Origin: Bacteroidales bacterium
GTDB lineage: Bacteria > Bacteroidota > Bacteroidia > Bacteroidales > PXBB01
Length of the DNA: 64,000 bases
Assembly (NCBI GenBank): GCA_028698995.1
Contig: JAQVVM010000017.1
Location: 1,588-65,587, forward strand
Direction: 5' to 3'
Position numbers and translations under genes: made by a program. The notes beneath the pieces are model-generated. The model did not search any database. It was not told the DNA's origin and was given only the letters and a program-made list of their open reading frames with translations. Shown one piece after another: positions 17,375-27,522 of the stretch. Within the stretch, counting starts at the first letter, position 1. Every line of letters starts with the position of its first letter.

Positions 17375-18640
17375 TTATTTAATTACAAATTGGACTGTAT
17401 TTCTGGATTTTTGCTCTAGAAGGGTAGTTTTTTTATTGCAAATTCTTTCAATAGCCTGTTCATTATAGTGCCTTATTGTAACAAGATCCAGACTTGTGTT
17501 ATAATAAATTTTGTAGCTTGTTTTGAGATCTTTCAGTAGTAATGGTATCTTTTGTGGATCGTTATCAGAGCATATTGAAAAGCTAAGGGCAGAATTTTGC
17601 ATCAGATTAACTTTAATATCATACTTACTTAGAAGTTGGAAAATAGTGCTGATATTATGTTCAACAATAAATGAAAAATCATTGGGCATGATACTTATTA
17701 GAATCTGATTTTTTTTGAAAATAAAACTAGGTGTTTTTTGATTGCTGTTTTCAACATTGCCAATATAAGTGCCTTTATCTGAAGGACTTATAAATGATTT
17801 AACAAGTAAAGGAATGCCAGCATTTTGAAGGGGTTTTATGGTTTTTGGATGAATGACAGTAGCCCCGTAGTAAGCAAGTTCAATGGCGTCCGAATAGGTT
17901 AAACTGTCAATTTTTACACAGTCAGGCATTTCTTTGGGATCAGCGTTTAATACGCCTGGTACATCCTTCCATATCACAACTTCCTCAGCCTTAAGGCTGT
18001 ATCCGATAATAGCTGCGGTAAAGTCGGAACCTTCACGTCCCAGAGTGGTTGCAAAACCATGAGCTGATGATCCAATGAAGCCTTGTGTAACTGCAAATTT
18101 AAACCCTTCTTTAAGAATTAATTCCCACTTATGGGATACAGTCTCAGGTGTTTTATCCCAGTTTATACGGGCTTCTCTATATGTGGCATCAGTAATTATT
18201 ATTTGTCGAGCGTCAATAAATTTATTCGGTTGGCCAGTTTGATTAAGATAATGGCTTAATATTGTTGATGCTAACAGCTCTCCATAAGGAACAATACTAT
18301 CATAAACAAAGTTATAGTTCGGTGTAGAATCTTTTTTTAATAAAGTTAATAATGAATTGAAAAGGGATTCAATATGAGTGTAAACAAGATTGGTTTTGTC
18401 AGGGAAAAGTAATTCAATAATAGAGTAGTGAAAAACTTTTATATAATTGAATGCATCTCTTATAGAATTTTTATCATTAAAATAACAATTTGTCAGTTTC
18501 TCAAAAGCATTGGTCATTTTTCCCATGGCAGAGATAACAATAAATATGTCTTCTGTTTCAAACTGTTTAAGGATTGAAGCCACATTTTTTACACCTTCTG
18601 CATCTTTTGTAGAAGCGCCTCCAAATTTAAAAACTTTCAT
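17375..18640 (-). CDS. lysC: Aspartate kinase
   Basis: N-terminus MKVFKFGGAS...VISAMGKMTN, catalytic-domain block TTLGREGSDFTAAIIG, and a C-terminal ACT-like region. Length is 421 aa. Confidence 0.85.
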   Translation of the reverse strand: MKVFKFGGASTKDAEGVKNVASILKQFETEDIFIVISAMGKMTNAFEKLTNCYFNDKNSIRDAFNYIKVFHYSIIELLFPDKTNLVYTHIESLFNSLLTLLKKDSTPNYNFVYDSIVPYGELLASTILSHYLNQTGQPNKFIDARQIIITDATYREARINWDKTPETVSHKWELILKEGFKFAVTQGFIGSSAHGFATTLGREGSDFTAAIIGYSLKAEEVVIWKDVPGVLNADPKEMPDCVKIDSLTYSDAIELAYYGATVIHPKTIKPLQNAGIPLLVKSFISPSDKGTYIGNVENSNQKTPSFIFKKNQILISIMPNDFSFIVEHNISTIFQLLSKYDIKVNLMQNSALSFSICSDNDPQKIPLLLKDLKTSYKIYYNTSLDLVTIRHYNEQAIERICNKKTTLLEQKSRNTVQFVIK

Positions 18641-18706
18641 TTTAAGGTAGTTTAGACTTTAAAATCAATTCTAATTAGTGTCAGAGTATCAAATAATTAC
18701 CAATGC

Positions 18707-20113
18707 TTACTCGTGATCTTTTAAAAGTTTGTCAAAAAAGTCTTTAAGTTGAGAAGCATCAATTCGCTTGGCAATTATTTTCTTGTCTTTATCCAATAAG
18801 TAAATGACCGGTGTGCTATACACATCATATTTGTCTCTGAATTCAGACATGTTGAAGGGGTCCCATACATTAATCCATGGTGCATTGTATTCTATTACCT
18901 TGGCTTTCCATTCATCAATATCGGTTTCTGTGCAAAGGGCAAATACTTCTATACCTTTATCTCTATTTTCAAGATAGAATTCTTTAAGAATAGGTGTCAT
19001 TCTCTTGCAATGTCCGCAGTCGGTACTCCAGATATAAAGAATTGTGTAATCAGCTCTTACATCAAGCAGCGAAAACCTTCGTCCAATAGAATCCATAACT
19101 GTAACATTAGGGGGAACCTTTCCTAGAAGCAGGGGTTTTAATTTGGCTGCACGTTCAGTGATTTTTTGCAATTGCTCGGGCGAAACCCAAAAAGCTCTAT
19201 TGGTCATATAATAGGTCTCAGCCATATGTACAAAAGCAGCATCCATCCCCATAATGTTGGAACGCTCCGAAAAGTTTGTAAAAAACCAAACGAGGTATTT
19301 GAACATTTCTCGGTTATCATTTGCCATGGCTATAAGAGCATCTGCTTCTTTAATAACAGAATCAGGTATTTGGAGTACAAGGTTTGTGATGTAGTTGTTG
19401 AGCTTGTTGTAGAAAACAGGTGTGCGCAGTAAACGGTCATCAGTAAAATCAATATATCTGAAATAATTTGATTTATAGTACTTATATGCAAACAATGAAT
19501 CAACACTCCCATCTTCAAGTAATGGTGCGTCAGGAATAGTAATCTCTTTAGAAGCTAAAAACACTTTAGAAAGAAATTTTTCAGGGTGTCTCTCAATAAA
19601 GTTTATCTTATACTCTTCGACTTTTAAATTGATGTTTTTTATCTCTTCTTTTAAGGCTTCTTTTTCGGGGCTGTCTTCTTCCATCTCTGCCAGTCTCTCT
19701 GAAAGGGGAGAAATTTGCTTATGCATCCCGTCTATGAATTTAAGATATTCATAAAACATCAGATTGTCTTCAGATCCACGGACTCTCATATTATTTATTA
19801 GGTCAATAGTGTCTGTTTCTAAAGAAAAGACCTGGTTTTCACCCATTAAAATTTCAAAATATTTTCTGTCCGGTAGAACTACAAAATAAATACCTCCTTC
19901 AAATTTTTCATCACCCTTGAATTCCAGCATACCCCTGCTGTCAACGATTGCTGTATCTCTTACATATTGTTTATCACCAAAATAGTTACCAAGGTAGCAT
20001 TCGTTCCCGATTGTCAGACCCTTAACCTTTACCTTAATACTGTATCCACTGTTTTGTGAAACACCTATGATTGATGAAAGTACCAGTGATAAAAATAAAA
20101 TTAAATTTTTCAT
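18707..20113 (-). CDS. TlpA/thioredoxin-fold thiol:disulfide oxidoreductase-like secreted protein with long N-terminal accessory domain
   Basis: Signal peptide. The C-terminal thioredoxin fold carries a CxxC motif (LYIWSTDCGHCKRMTP) and ...YSTPVIYLLDKDKKIIAKRI. Confidence 0.75.
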   Translation of the reverse strand: MKNLILFLSLVLSSIIGVSQNSGYSIKVKVKGLTIGNECYLGNYFGDKQYVRDTAIVDSRGMLEFKGDEKFEGGIYFVVLPDRKYFEILMGENQVFSLETDTIDLINNMRVRGSEDNLMFYEYLKFIDGMHKQISPLSERLAEMEEDSPEKEALKEEIKNINLKVEEYKINFIERHPEKFLSKVFLASKEITIPDAPLLEDGSVDSLFAYKYYKSNYFRYIDFTDDRLLRTPVFYNKLNNYITNLVLQIPDSVIKEADALIAMANDNREMFKYLVWFFTNFSERSNIMGMDAAFVHMAETYYMTNRAFWVSPEQLQKITERAAKLKPLLLGKVPPNVTVMDSIGRRFSLLDVRADYTILYIWSTDCGHCKRMTPILKEFYLENRDKGIEVFALCTETDIDEWKAKVIEYNAPWINVWDPFNMSEFRDKYDVYSTPVIYLLDKDKKIIAKRIDASQLKDFFDKLLKDHE

Positions 20114-20207
20114 CTTCTTTTTTTCTGCAAATTTAATTTTTTTTAAAAAAATATGTAAAATTAAACTATTAATATTCGTTAATTGATTTAATAAAATACC
20201 ATAAACA

Positions 20208-21206
20208 TTAATACTTCATCAAATTCTTAACTGTAACCCTGCTTCCATCATTAACAACGACATGATATAGCCCATGTTTTAGGTCTGACACTGAGAATGT
20301 TTTATTACTGATTTCGATTTTCTCTGAAAGGACAAGTTGCCCAACTGAATTGAAAATTTCTATAGTTGTATTTTGTTTAAGTGGTTCATTAATATCAATT
20401 TGCATAAAATCAGTAACTGGGTTTGGATATATAGAGACAGAGAGTTCATCATCTGATAGTTCAGAAATATTTACTTCAGAATTTAGAGTTGTAAAATTAT
20501 CTATAAAAAAGTAAGCAGGGGTATTCATCCCAAAACTACCATTATCGCTTGAACTCAATGTAAATATCAGACTGTCAGCATTTCCAAGTGTTGATATATC
20601 AACCCATTGCCATGTGTCAACAATATAATCTTGTGAATTTTGTGAAAAACGATAATCTGCAAGATAAAAATCAACACTATCATTTTTCAGTGAGCCATTG
20701 TAATAAGCCTGAATTTTTAGTTTAAACCAATCAGGATCACCACCAGAAGTTCCACCAAATTTTTTCCCTACCATGTCACCATTTTTCATACTCAGAGCTG
20801 CATAGGTGCCATTAGTAATATAAAACCCTGCTGCAACTTTCCCCAATGCGTTTCCTGTAAGTTTAATTACACTTCCTTGAGTTCCAACTGAATAATTATT
20901 TGAATAATAACCAGATCCGGTGATGGCACTGAACATGTTCAGAAATCCTTCTGTAATAGTATCTTGCATATTACTGTATGCCCATCCTGTAGCCCAATAA
21001 CCTCCCCATGCAGTATCATAGAAGTTAGGAAAAATGGCATTACCGTCAGTAAATGTTGTTCCCATGGGCATGTCAGAGCCATTCCAGTATGAATCCTGCA
21101 ATAAACTGAGTGCTTCAAATGTTGATACGGTTTGTGCCTTAGAAGTTGTTGAAAAGATTAATATTCCCATTAAAGTAAAAATGACACTTTTAATTGTTGT
21201 TTTCAT
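20208..21206 (-). CDS. DUF4465-like surface protein with T9SS type-A sorting domain, in a B12-riboswitch-controlled operon
   Basis: Signal peptide. STFEALSL..DSYWNGSD...FPNFYDTAWGGYWATGWAYSNMQD...FSAITGSGYYSNNYSV matches my recollection of the DUF4465 pattern. The C-terminal tail is VSIYPNPVTDFMQI...IEIFNSVGQLV...GLYHVVVNDGSRVTVKNLMK. The gene starts 16 nt downstream of the TonB-receptor stop. Confidence 0.65.
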   Translation of the reverse strand: MKTTIKSVIFTLMGILIFSTTSKAQTVSTFEALSLLQDSYWNGSDMPMGTTFTDGNAIFPNFYDTAWGGYWATGWAYSNMQDTITEGFLNMFSAITGSGYYSNNYSVGTQGSVIKLTGNALGKVAAGFYITNGTYAALSMKNGDMVGKKFGGTSGGDPDWFKLKIQAYYNGSLKNDSVDFYLADYRFSQNSQDYIVDTWQWVDISTLGNADSLIFTLSSSDNGSFGMNTPAYFFIDNFTTLNSEVNISELSDDELSVSIYPNPVTDFMQIDINEPLKQNTTIEIFNSVGQLVLSEKIEISNKTFSVSDLKHGLYHVVVNDGSRVTVKNLMKY

Positions 21207-21222
21207 ATCTAATTGTTTTTAG

Positions 21223-23145
21223 TTAATTGATTTCTTGTTTGTTATATGAAAGTGAGATACCCGCATTGAAATATCTTAGAGGCATTGGCCGTGTTGCCAT
21301 GTTCATGTAAACCTCGTTCCATATGTTTTGACATTGAAAGTAAATTGTTGCTCCAAAGGTTTTAAAAGTCCTGTTGTATGAAATGAATAGACTTCCCAGA
21401 CTATAAGGTGTAAGATATTGTGTATTATCTGCAGATATATAACGATAGCCAACATAATTATGTTTGTATGTGATTTGAAAAGCATTATAAGAAAGATTTA
21501 TTTTTGCATAACCACTATACATGGGCACATAAATCAATTGTTTTTCATAAGAAGCATCATATATTGAAATCGCTTTTTGATTGGTCGAAACGATATAATT
21601 TGTAAGCACAGCAATAGAAACTTTAAATTTATTCTTTCTGATTTCAATCTCTGAAAATGTGTCAACGCCTCTACTCCATACATGTAAAATGTTTTTAGGT
21701 CTCCAGAAGTTATCCTCTGGTAACCAGATAATCCAATTTTTGATATTGCTGTTGAAAATTGATGGTGTGGTACTTAATTTTATTTTGTTATAGGTGTAAT
21801 TCCATTTAAACCCAATCTCCTGAGTGTATCCACTTTCCGGTAAAAGGTTTTCATTTCCACCCGGTGACCAGTACAAATCATTAAGTGTGGGCATACGGTG
21901 AACTCTGGCAACTTGAGCATGAAGGGATGTGCTTTTAAAAATTTCGAAATCTGTTCCTGCCGAAAATGTGAATGGTAGCAGTTTTTTTGAGAGGAGCTCT
22001 TGTCTGCCTGATAAATTGAATTGTAATCTGTTATTTTTGCTTTTGTAACCATAAGAAATAAATAATGCGGAATTATTCTGCCGTGGATTTGTTGGGAGAT
22101 TTGTCGCAACTGCACTGATAAATGTGTTATTAATTCCCAAATTAAAATCGTGTAGTTCTCTTACAGAAATCTTTGTTTCTGCTTCATTTATGAAAGATTG
22201 GAATGTATTCACCGCATAAACATGACTGGTTGAATCATTATATGTTTGATAATCATTGAAATAGGCGGATCTTACAAAAATTGATTTTTTGTTATCATGT
22301 AAGCTCCATTCTGTTGAGAGTTTTAAATTTCTGTCTGATTGAAATGCTTTGCTTTCGGCTTGCAACATGGTAGGAGGGATTTCCCTATCAGTTTCCTGAT
22401 ACCAGAAAAGTAAATTTATTTTTTGTTTTTTTGTTAAAAGAAAGTGGTTTTCTGAAATTAGTCCTGTGCTTTTAATCTTTGCATGGCTTTGCCTATCTAA
22501 GGGTAGGTTTGGTTTATATGTATTTTTAAACAGGAATTTATTTTCTGCAATACAATTTATAAACTTAACTAAGTTAAGCATTCTTTTTTTACTCACTTCA
22601 ACCAAAAAACTTTGTTTGTGTGTTTGGAAACTTCCGCTTGATATATTTAACTGTACATTAATTCCTTTGTTAAAATGGGGCTTGCTGCTCAGGTGAATAG
22701 CACCACCAATAGCACCACTTCCCCATAGTGAACTGCTTCCACCATATTGAATGCTCACAGCATCAAAAAAACCTACAGGCAGAAGAGATAAATCCATTTG
22801 CCCGTTCATAGGGCTGTTAACATTAAACCCGTTCCATAGAACAGCTGTGTGATTCGCATTAGTTCCTCTTAGCGATACTGTAGCAATGCCTCCTGCCCCA
22901 TAAGACTTAACATATAAGCTGCTTTCACCGGCAATAAGTTCTGAAATACTTTGATGTGCGTATTGCTGCATTATCAGGTTATCGTAAGACACTGTTTTTA
23001 TACCTGCTGAGAACTCTTCAAGTCTTGCAGAGCTAATGGTAAATGTTGATAATGTTTGTATTGAATCTTTGTTGTCATTTTGACCTAAAACAAAACCGAA
23101 ATACATCACCAAAAGAAAAAACAAGATTGATTTTAACAAGTTCAT
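21223..23145 (-). CDS. btuB: TonB-dependent outer-membrane receptor, probable cobalamin transporter
   Basis: Signal peptide and plug-domain blocks (ELIAGESSLYVKSYGAGGIATVSLRGTNANHTAVLWNGFNVNSP). The 640-aa barrel ends in an aromatic-rich strand. It is the first gene downstream of a cobalamin riboswitch. Confidence 0.8.
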   Translation of the reverse strand: MNLLKSILFFLLVMYFGFVLGQNDNKDSIQTLSTFTISSARLEEFSAGIKTVSYDNLIMQQYAHQSISELIAGESSLYVKSYGAGGIATVSLRGTNANHTAVLWNGFNVNSPMNGQMDLSLLPVGFFDAVSIQYGGSSSLWGSGAIGGAIHLSSKPHFNKGINVQLNISSGSFQTHKQSFLVEVSKKRMLNLVKFINCIAENKFLFKNTYKPNLPLDRQSHAKIKSTGLISENHFLLTKKQKINLLFWYQETDREIPPTMLQAESKAFQSDRNLKLSTEWSLHDNKKSIFVRSAYFNDYQTYNDSTSHVYAVNTFQSFINEAETKISVRELHDFNLGINNTFISAVATNLPTNPRQNNSALFISYGYKSKNNRLQFNLSGRQELLSKKLLPFTFSAGTDFEIFKSTSLHAQVARVHRMPTLNDLYWSPGGNENLLPESGYTQEIGFKWNYTYNKIKLSTTPSIFNSNIKNWIIWLPEDNFWRPKNILHVWSRGVDTFSEIEIRKNKFKVSIAVLTNYIVSTNQKAISIYDASYEKQLIYVPMYSGYAKINLSYNAFQITYKHNYVGYRYISADNTQYLTPYSLGSLFISYNRTFKTFGATIYFQCQNIWNEVYMNMATRPMPLRYFNAGISLSYNKQEIN

Positions 23146-23261
23146 TAAAATGAATATTATATTATTAAATCATTTTCAACGAACGGAGAGAAAAGAAAAG
23201 AAACTAAAAATGAATTTTAAGTTCCCATTTGCTTTTAGCCCGAAGCATTTGAAATATAAAA

Positions 23262-23420
23262 AGCATTTGGTAGGTCTCCTGGCTTGTTCTTTTGTTGCCT
23301 TCCCATTTCATTTTTGAAACAGTGGCTTTGCGTACAAATTCCGGTTTTACGGAAGAACTTACAGTTGCGGGTACAGCCCCCGATTTTAACGGGATTCCCT
23401 CTTAGTCCCAATAATTGTAA
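23262..23420 (-). promoter_or_regulatory. Cobalamin (B12) riboswitch
   Basis: The minus-strand RNA reads ...GGGACUAAGAGGGAAUCCCGUUAAAAUCGGGGGCUGUACCCGCAACUGUAAG...CAAAGCCACUGUUU...GGGAAGGC...AAGCCAGGAGACCUACC. It contains the conserved core (AGGGAA, GCxGxxCCCGCAACUGUAA, GCCACUG) and the B12 box (AGCCAGGAGACCU-CC; plus-strand 23269-23285). It lies about 115 nt upstream of the receptor ATG. Confidence 0.9.
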
Positions 23421-23444
23421 ATTATTTAGAAACCATTTGCATTG

Positions 23445-23452
23445 CAAATATA
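23445..23452 (-). promoter_or_regulatory. Candidate Bacteroidota -7 promoter box (TATATTTG) driving the riboswitch/btuB transcript
   Basis: The reverse complement of 23445-23452 is TATATTTG, which matches TAnnTTTG. It is positioned about 20-25 nt upstream of the first conserved riboswitch helix. Confidence 0.4.
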
Positions 23453-23509
23453 TAAAGTTTTTTTATATCCAAAATTTTTTAAAGAATTATTTTTAATTAA
23501 TTTTGTTCA

Positions 23510-24334
23510 ATGGAAACTCAGGACATTTTGTTTGCTTTTTTACTTACATTCATTGCCGGTATATCTACAGGAATAGGTAGTTTGCTGGCTTTTTTCACCA
23601 CTAAAACTAACACAAAGTTTTTGTCTGTTGCTCTAGGCTTTTCTGCCGGTGTGATGATTTTTATTTCTATGATAGAATTGTATCAGGGTTCACTTGATTA
23701 TTTTAACAGTGCCAATGGTGAAAATTCAGGGAAATGGCTCACTATTGTTTTCTTTTTTGGAGGCATGTTTATAATTGCGCTGATTGATAAACTGATACCC
23801 AATTTTGAAAACCCTCATGAGATAAGGATGGTTGAAGATATGAGTGAGAAAAATAACTCGGTTGATACCTCAAAAAATTTTAAAAAGCTTAAACGGGTTG
23901 GTTTGGTTACGGCTTTAGCAATTACCATTCACAATGTTCCAGAGGGTTTGGCTACATTTATTACTGCACTTCAGGAACCTACAACAGGTATTGCCATTGC
24001 TATTGCCATTGCTATTCATAATATTCCTGAAGGTATAGCTGTTGCTGTTCCCATTTATTATAGTACCGGAAGTCGTAAGAAAGCTTTTTTCTGGTCCTTA
24101 CTCTCAGGATTATCTGAAATGGTTGGTGCCATTTTAGGCTTTATAATTCTAATGCCTTTTTTAAGTGCAGGCCTTTTCGGTGCCCTTTATGCAATTGTTG
24201 CTGGAATAATGGTGTACATTTCATTCGATACCCTTTTGCCCGCTGCCCGTGAATATGGTGAAAATCACCTTGCCGTTTATGGCCTAATTTTAGGCATGAT
24301 TGTAATGGCTGTAAGTTTAAATTTATTGATGTAA
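23510..24334 (+). CDS. zupT: ZIP-family zinc transporter ZupT
   Basis: Eight hydrophobic segments. ZIP signatures HNVPEGLATF and HNIPEGIAVAVPIYY are present. Length is 274 aa. Confidence 0.9.
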   Translation: METQDILFAFLLTFIAGISTGIGSLLAFFTTKTNTKFLSVALGFSAGVMIFISMIELYQGSLDYFNSANGENSGKWLTIVFFFGGMFIIALIDKLIPNFENPHEIRMVEDMSEKNNSVDTSKNFKKLKRVGLVTALAITIHNVPEGLATFITALQEPTTGIAIAIAIAIHNIPEGIAVAVPIYYSTGSRKKAFFWSLLSGLSEMVGAILGFIILMPFLSAGLFGALYAIVAGIMVYISFDTLLPAAREYGENHLAVYGLILGMIVMAVSLNLLM

Positions 24335-24446
24335 ATCATAGAATTTGGTTATTTTTGAATCAACTATGTTGAAAGGAATATATCTTCTATTTAGCAAATA
24401 ATGAATTTTTGATTTTCTTTAACTTAAACAGCTATTATAATTAAAT

Positions 24447-26351
24447 ATGTACTTTAAAAATCTTAATGAATTCATTACTGCTCTTGAAAGGGAAAATGAG
24501 CTTATCAGAATCAAAATTTTTGTTTCATCAATTCTTGAAGCTGCCGAAATTAATGACCGTGTAGTTAAAAATATTAATAAAGCACTATTGTTCGAAAACA
24601 CTGGTACAAAGTTTCCGCTTTTATTAAATGCTATGGGTTCTGAGAAAAGAATGTGTATGGCTCTAGGTGTTGAAAAATTTAATGATATTGGCGATGAAAT
24701 TCTAAGATTGTTTAGAAAATTTACTTCTCAGCAATTGAGTTTTCTTGATAAAATGAGACTCCTGTCTGAATTGAATGATATTGGTAAATGGATGCCTAGG
24801 AGATTAAAGGGCAAAGGTGCTTCTCAAGAAGTTATTTTAGAAAACATTGATTTAAATCAACTTCCTGTTTTAACATGCTGGCCTTTTGACGGAGGGCCTT
24901 TTATTACTTTACCTGCAGTTCATACATTAGACCCTGAGACTGGTATTTGCAATGTCGGCATGTATCGTATGCAGGTATTCGATAATAATACCACCGGTAT
25001 GCACTGGCACAAACATAAAGATGCAGCAAAACATTTCTTAGCTTATAAAAAACAAAAAAAACGGATGCCCGTCAGCGTTTCTATAGGGGGACCACCAGTT
25101 CTTTCCTATGTTGCATCAGCACCACTTCCTGAAAATATTGACGAATATATCCTTGCAGGTTTCCTTCAAAAGAAAAAAGTTGAACTCGTAAAATGCTTGA
25201 CTAATGATATTTATGTTCCCTCAAATGCGGATTTTATTTTGGAAGGTTATATAGACACTGAAGAACCGTATCGACTTGAAGGCCCTTTTGGAGATCATAC
25301 AGGTTTTTATTCACTTGCCGATTTTTACCCTGTATTTCATATAACATGTATTACACACCGGAAAGATGCCATTTACCCTGCCACAGTTGTTGGTATTCCT
25401 CCACAAGAAGATACTTGGATGGCCAAGGCTACTGAGAGAATTTTCCTGATGCCGATACGATTAACCATGCTTCCAGAGCTTTTGGATATGATTTTACCCG
25501 CAGAAGGTGTGTTTCATAATATCGCCATTGTAAAAATTAAAAATGCTTATGAGGGGCATGCTTTTAAAGTGATGAATTCGCTGTGGGGAGCCGGACAAAT
25601 GATGCTTAATAAAGTATTGTTTGTTGTTGATGATTCTGTTGATATTAATAATATATGGGTTTTATTTGAAAAAATTATCAGAAGTATTGACATTAAAAGA
25701 GATTTGCTTTTAAGCAAAGGTCCATTAGATGTACTTGACCATTCTGTTGATAAAACAGGGTACGGGGGCAAATTGGGAATTGATGCAACACCTACTGAGA
25801 CAAATGTGCTTCCAGACTTTGCAGAAACGTTAAATGTGCTAGAATCATTAAGGTCTGCACACACATTTATTATTGATTTTAATAGAGAACTTCTTGAAAA
25901 TCAATATGCGATTTTGATTATTGCAGTGAAAAAGGAGAATTTCCAAGATTTTGAACTATTGAAAAATGAAATTTCAAGTTTACCAGCTTTTTCTGATATA
26001 AAAGTGGTCCTTTTTATTGAGCACCTTGTTAAACCGAGTGATTATAAGGATTTAATATGGCGTAGCGCTAATAATATTGAACCTTCAAGAGATTGTCAAA
26101 TTGTTAAACACGTATCAGGGAAATACATGCTTTTTATGGATGGAACCATGAAAACAAAGAAAATTGATAATTTCTTAAAAGACTGGCCAAACATTATCTG
26201 TGCTAATGATGAAACAATAACTCTTGTTGATTCAAAGTGGGAAAGCCTTGGTATTGGTGAATTTATCGAGTCTCCTTCAAGAAAATATGGCACCCTAAAA
26301 TATAGCAGTGGAGCAATTGTAGAAAAACCTGATGAGTCTTTTAATATTTAG
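24447..26351 (+). CDS. UbiD-family (prenyl-FMN dependent) decarboxylase, menaquinone/ubiquinone-type, with extended C-terminus
   Basis: UbiD blocks are present: GMYRMQVFDNNTTGMHWHKHKDAAKHF, VSVSIGGPP, EGPFGDHTGFYS. Confidence 0.85.
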   Translation: MYFKNLNEFITALERENELIRIKIFVSSILEAAEINDRVVKNINKALLFENTGTKFPLLLNAMGSEKRMCMALGVEKFNDIGDEILRLFRKFTSQQLSFLDKMRLLSELNDIGKWMPRRLKGKGASQEVILENIDLNQLPVLTCWPFDGGPFITLPAVHTLDPETGICNVGMYRMQVFDNNTTGMHWHKHKDAAKHFLAYKKQKKRMPVSVSIGGPPVLSYVASAPLPENIDEYILAGFLQKKKVELVKCLTNDIYVPSNADFILEGYIDTEEPYRLEGPFGDHTGFYSLADFYPVFHITCITHRKDAIYPATVVGIPPQEDTWMAKATERIFLMPIRLTMLPELLDMILPAEGVFHNIAIVKIKNAYEGHAFKVMNSLWGAGQMMLNKVLFVVDDSVDINNIWVLFEKIIRSIDIKRDLLLSKGPLDVLDHSVDKTGYGGKLGIDATPTETNVLPDFAETLNVLESLRSAHTFIIDFNRELLENQYAILIIAVKKENFQDFELLKNEISSLPAFSDIKVVLFIEHLVKPSDYKDLIWRSANNIEPSRDCQIVKHVSGKYMLFMDGTMKTKKIDNFLKDWPNIICANDETITLVDSKWESLGIGEFIESPSRKYGTLKYSSGAIVEKPDESFNI

Positions 26352-27382
26352 TTTGATTCTATAATCTGGAAAAGCTGATCGAGTTTAGGAGTCAGAATGA
26401 TTTCTGTCCTTCTGTTTTTAGCACGACCTTCTCTGCTATCAGTATTGTCTAAAGGAAGGTATTCACTTCTTCCTGAAGCAGAAAGTCGTTCAGGTGCAAT
26501 TGTGGTACCCTGTAACAGAATTTTAACTATAGCTGTGGCACGCATAACGCTCAGATCCCAATTGTCTTTAATTTGTCCTGAACCTCTGTATGGAACGTTA
26601 TCGGTATGTCCTTCAATTAATACATTTATGTCTGGATTTGTTTCCAGAACCTTGGCAAGTTCCTTAAGAGCAGCCACACCTTTGGCATCTACATCAAACC
26701 TTCCTGATGCAAAAAGCAGGCTTTCTTCCAAAGAAACATATACTTTGCCGTTTCTGACATCAACAGTAAGTCCCTGTCCTTCAAATCCTAATAATGCATT
26801 GGATACAGTTTCCTTTAGAGTATTTACTATGGCAACTTGTCTGTCAAGTATTTCCTGTAACTCTTTAACTCTGGCTTCTTTTGCAGTCATATCAGCCATT
26901 GCAGTATTCAGTTGTATGCTTAAAGAATCTAACTCTCTTCTTCTAATCAGCATCTCTTCTTCAGCCTTTTTTAGGTCATCTTCTTTCTTTTGAAGTTCTT
27001 CCTGGGTTTGTTGCAGCTGTTCAAGTATTCTGCGTGTTTCGTTTGAACTACCTTCCAATAACTCCCTGTTTTTATCTAAAAGTAAATTATATGTTCTGTT
27101 CAATTGGTCATAATTTTCAGTAAGCCTTCTTTGAGTTGCTCCCAGAATTGTAGTGTCATTCATAAGTCCTTCCATTTGTCTGGTCATTAAATTTACTTTT
27201 TCTCGCATCTCATTATTATTAGTGGTTACTGTCTGGTTCTCAGCTCTACTAACCCTAAGTTCTTCTTCACATTCAAGTCTCTTTGCCTTCATTTCTTCGT
27301 ACTGGCGTGCCGGAACACATGAGGCTATTATAATAGTAATTATAAATGCATAAGAAAAAATTCTAAAAGAGGTTGTTTTCAT
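26348..27382 (-). CDS. OmpA/MotB-like peptidoglycan-binding protein with long N-terminal coiled coil
   Basis: Lipoprotein-like N-terminus (IIIASC), then ~170 aa of heptad-rich E/K/L/Q sequence. The C-terminal OmpA-like domain reads IEGHTDNVPY...WDLSVMRATAIVKIL...GRSEYLP...NRRTEIILTPK. Confidence 0.85.
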   Translation of the reverse strand: MKTTSFRIFSYAFIITIIIASCVPARQYEEMKAKRLECEEELRVSRAENQTVTTNNNEMREKVNLMTRQMEGLMNDTTILGATQRRLTENYDQLNRTYNLLLDKNRELLEGSSNETRRILEQLQQTQEELQKKEDDLKKAEEEMLIRRRELDSLSIQLNTAMADMTAKEARVKELQEILDRQVAIVNTLKETVSNALLGFEGQGLTVDVRNGKVYVSLEESLLFASGRFDVDAKGVAALKELAKVLETNPDINVLIEGHTDNVPYRGSGQIKDNWDLSVMRATAIVKILLQGTTIAPERLSASGRSEYLPLDNTDSREGRAKNRRTEIILTPKLDQLFQIIESN

Positions 27383-27461
27383 GATTAAATTAATTTTATT
27401 TGGATTACAAAAATAATTAAAAAATTGACTTCTATTTATAAAACATACTTAAACATTTTTT

Positions 27462-27502
27462 AAATAAAAAAACACCTTAAACTATATCTAGTTTAAGGTG
27501 TT
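27462..27502 (-). terminator. Rho-independent terminator after the 220-aa gene
   Basis: Perfect 13-bp stem (27471-27483 aacaccttaaact / 27490-27502 agtttaaggtgtt) with a 6-nt loop. On the minus strand the hairpin is followed by TTTTTATTTA. Confidence 0.7.
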
Positions 27503-27522
27503 CTTATGTGAAAAAAAAAATA

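Noticed and set aside
23235-23496. Two overlapping 70-aa track ORFs (23235-23447 minus, 23284-23496 plus)
   Set aside because: They lie on top of the cobalamin riboswitch and its promoter. Their length is explained by the GC-richer structured RNA, and they have no protein-like features.
23498-23505. TAATTTTG box 4 nt upstream of the zupT ATG, and a TATATTTG at 4795-4802 upstream of the response regulator
   Set aside because: TAnnTTTG-like strings occur by chance in this AT-rich DNA. The zupT one would imply a leaderless mRNA, and the other is 120 nt from the start. Neither has supporting context, so they are not listed as features.
26397-26993. 198-aa plus-strand ORF
   Set aside because: It is antisense to the OmpA-like gene, which has a clear OmpA signature. 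Its own translation is Ser/Leu-rich low complexity.
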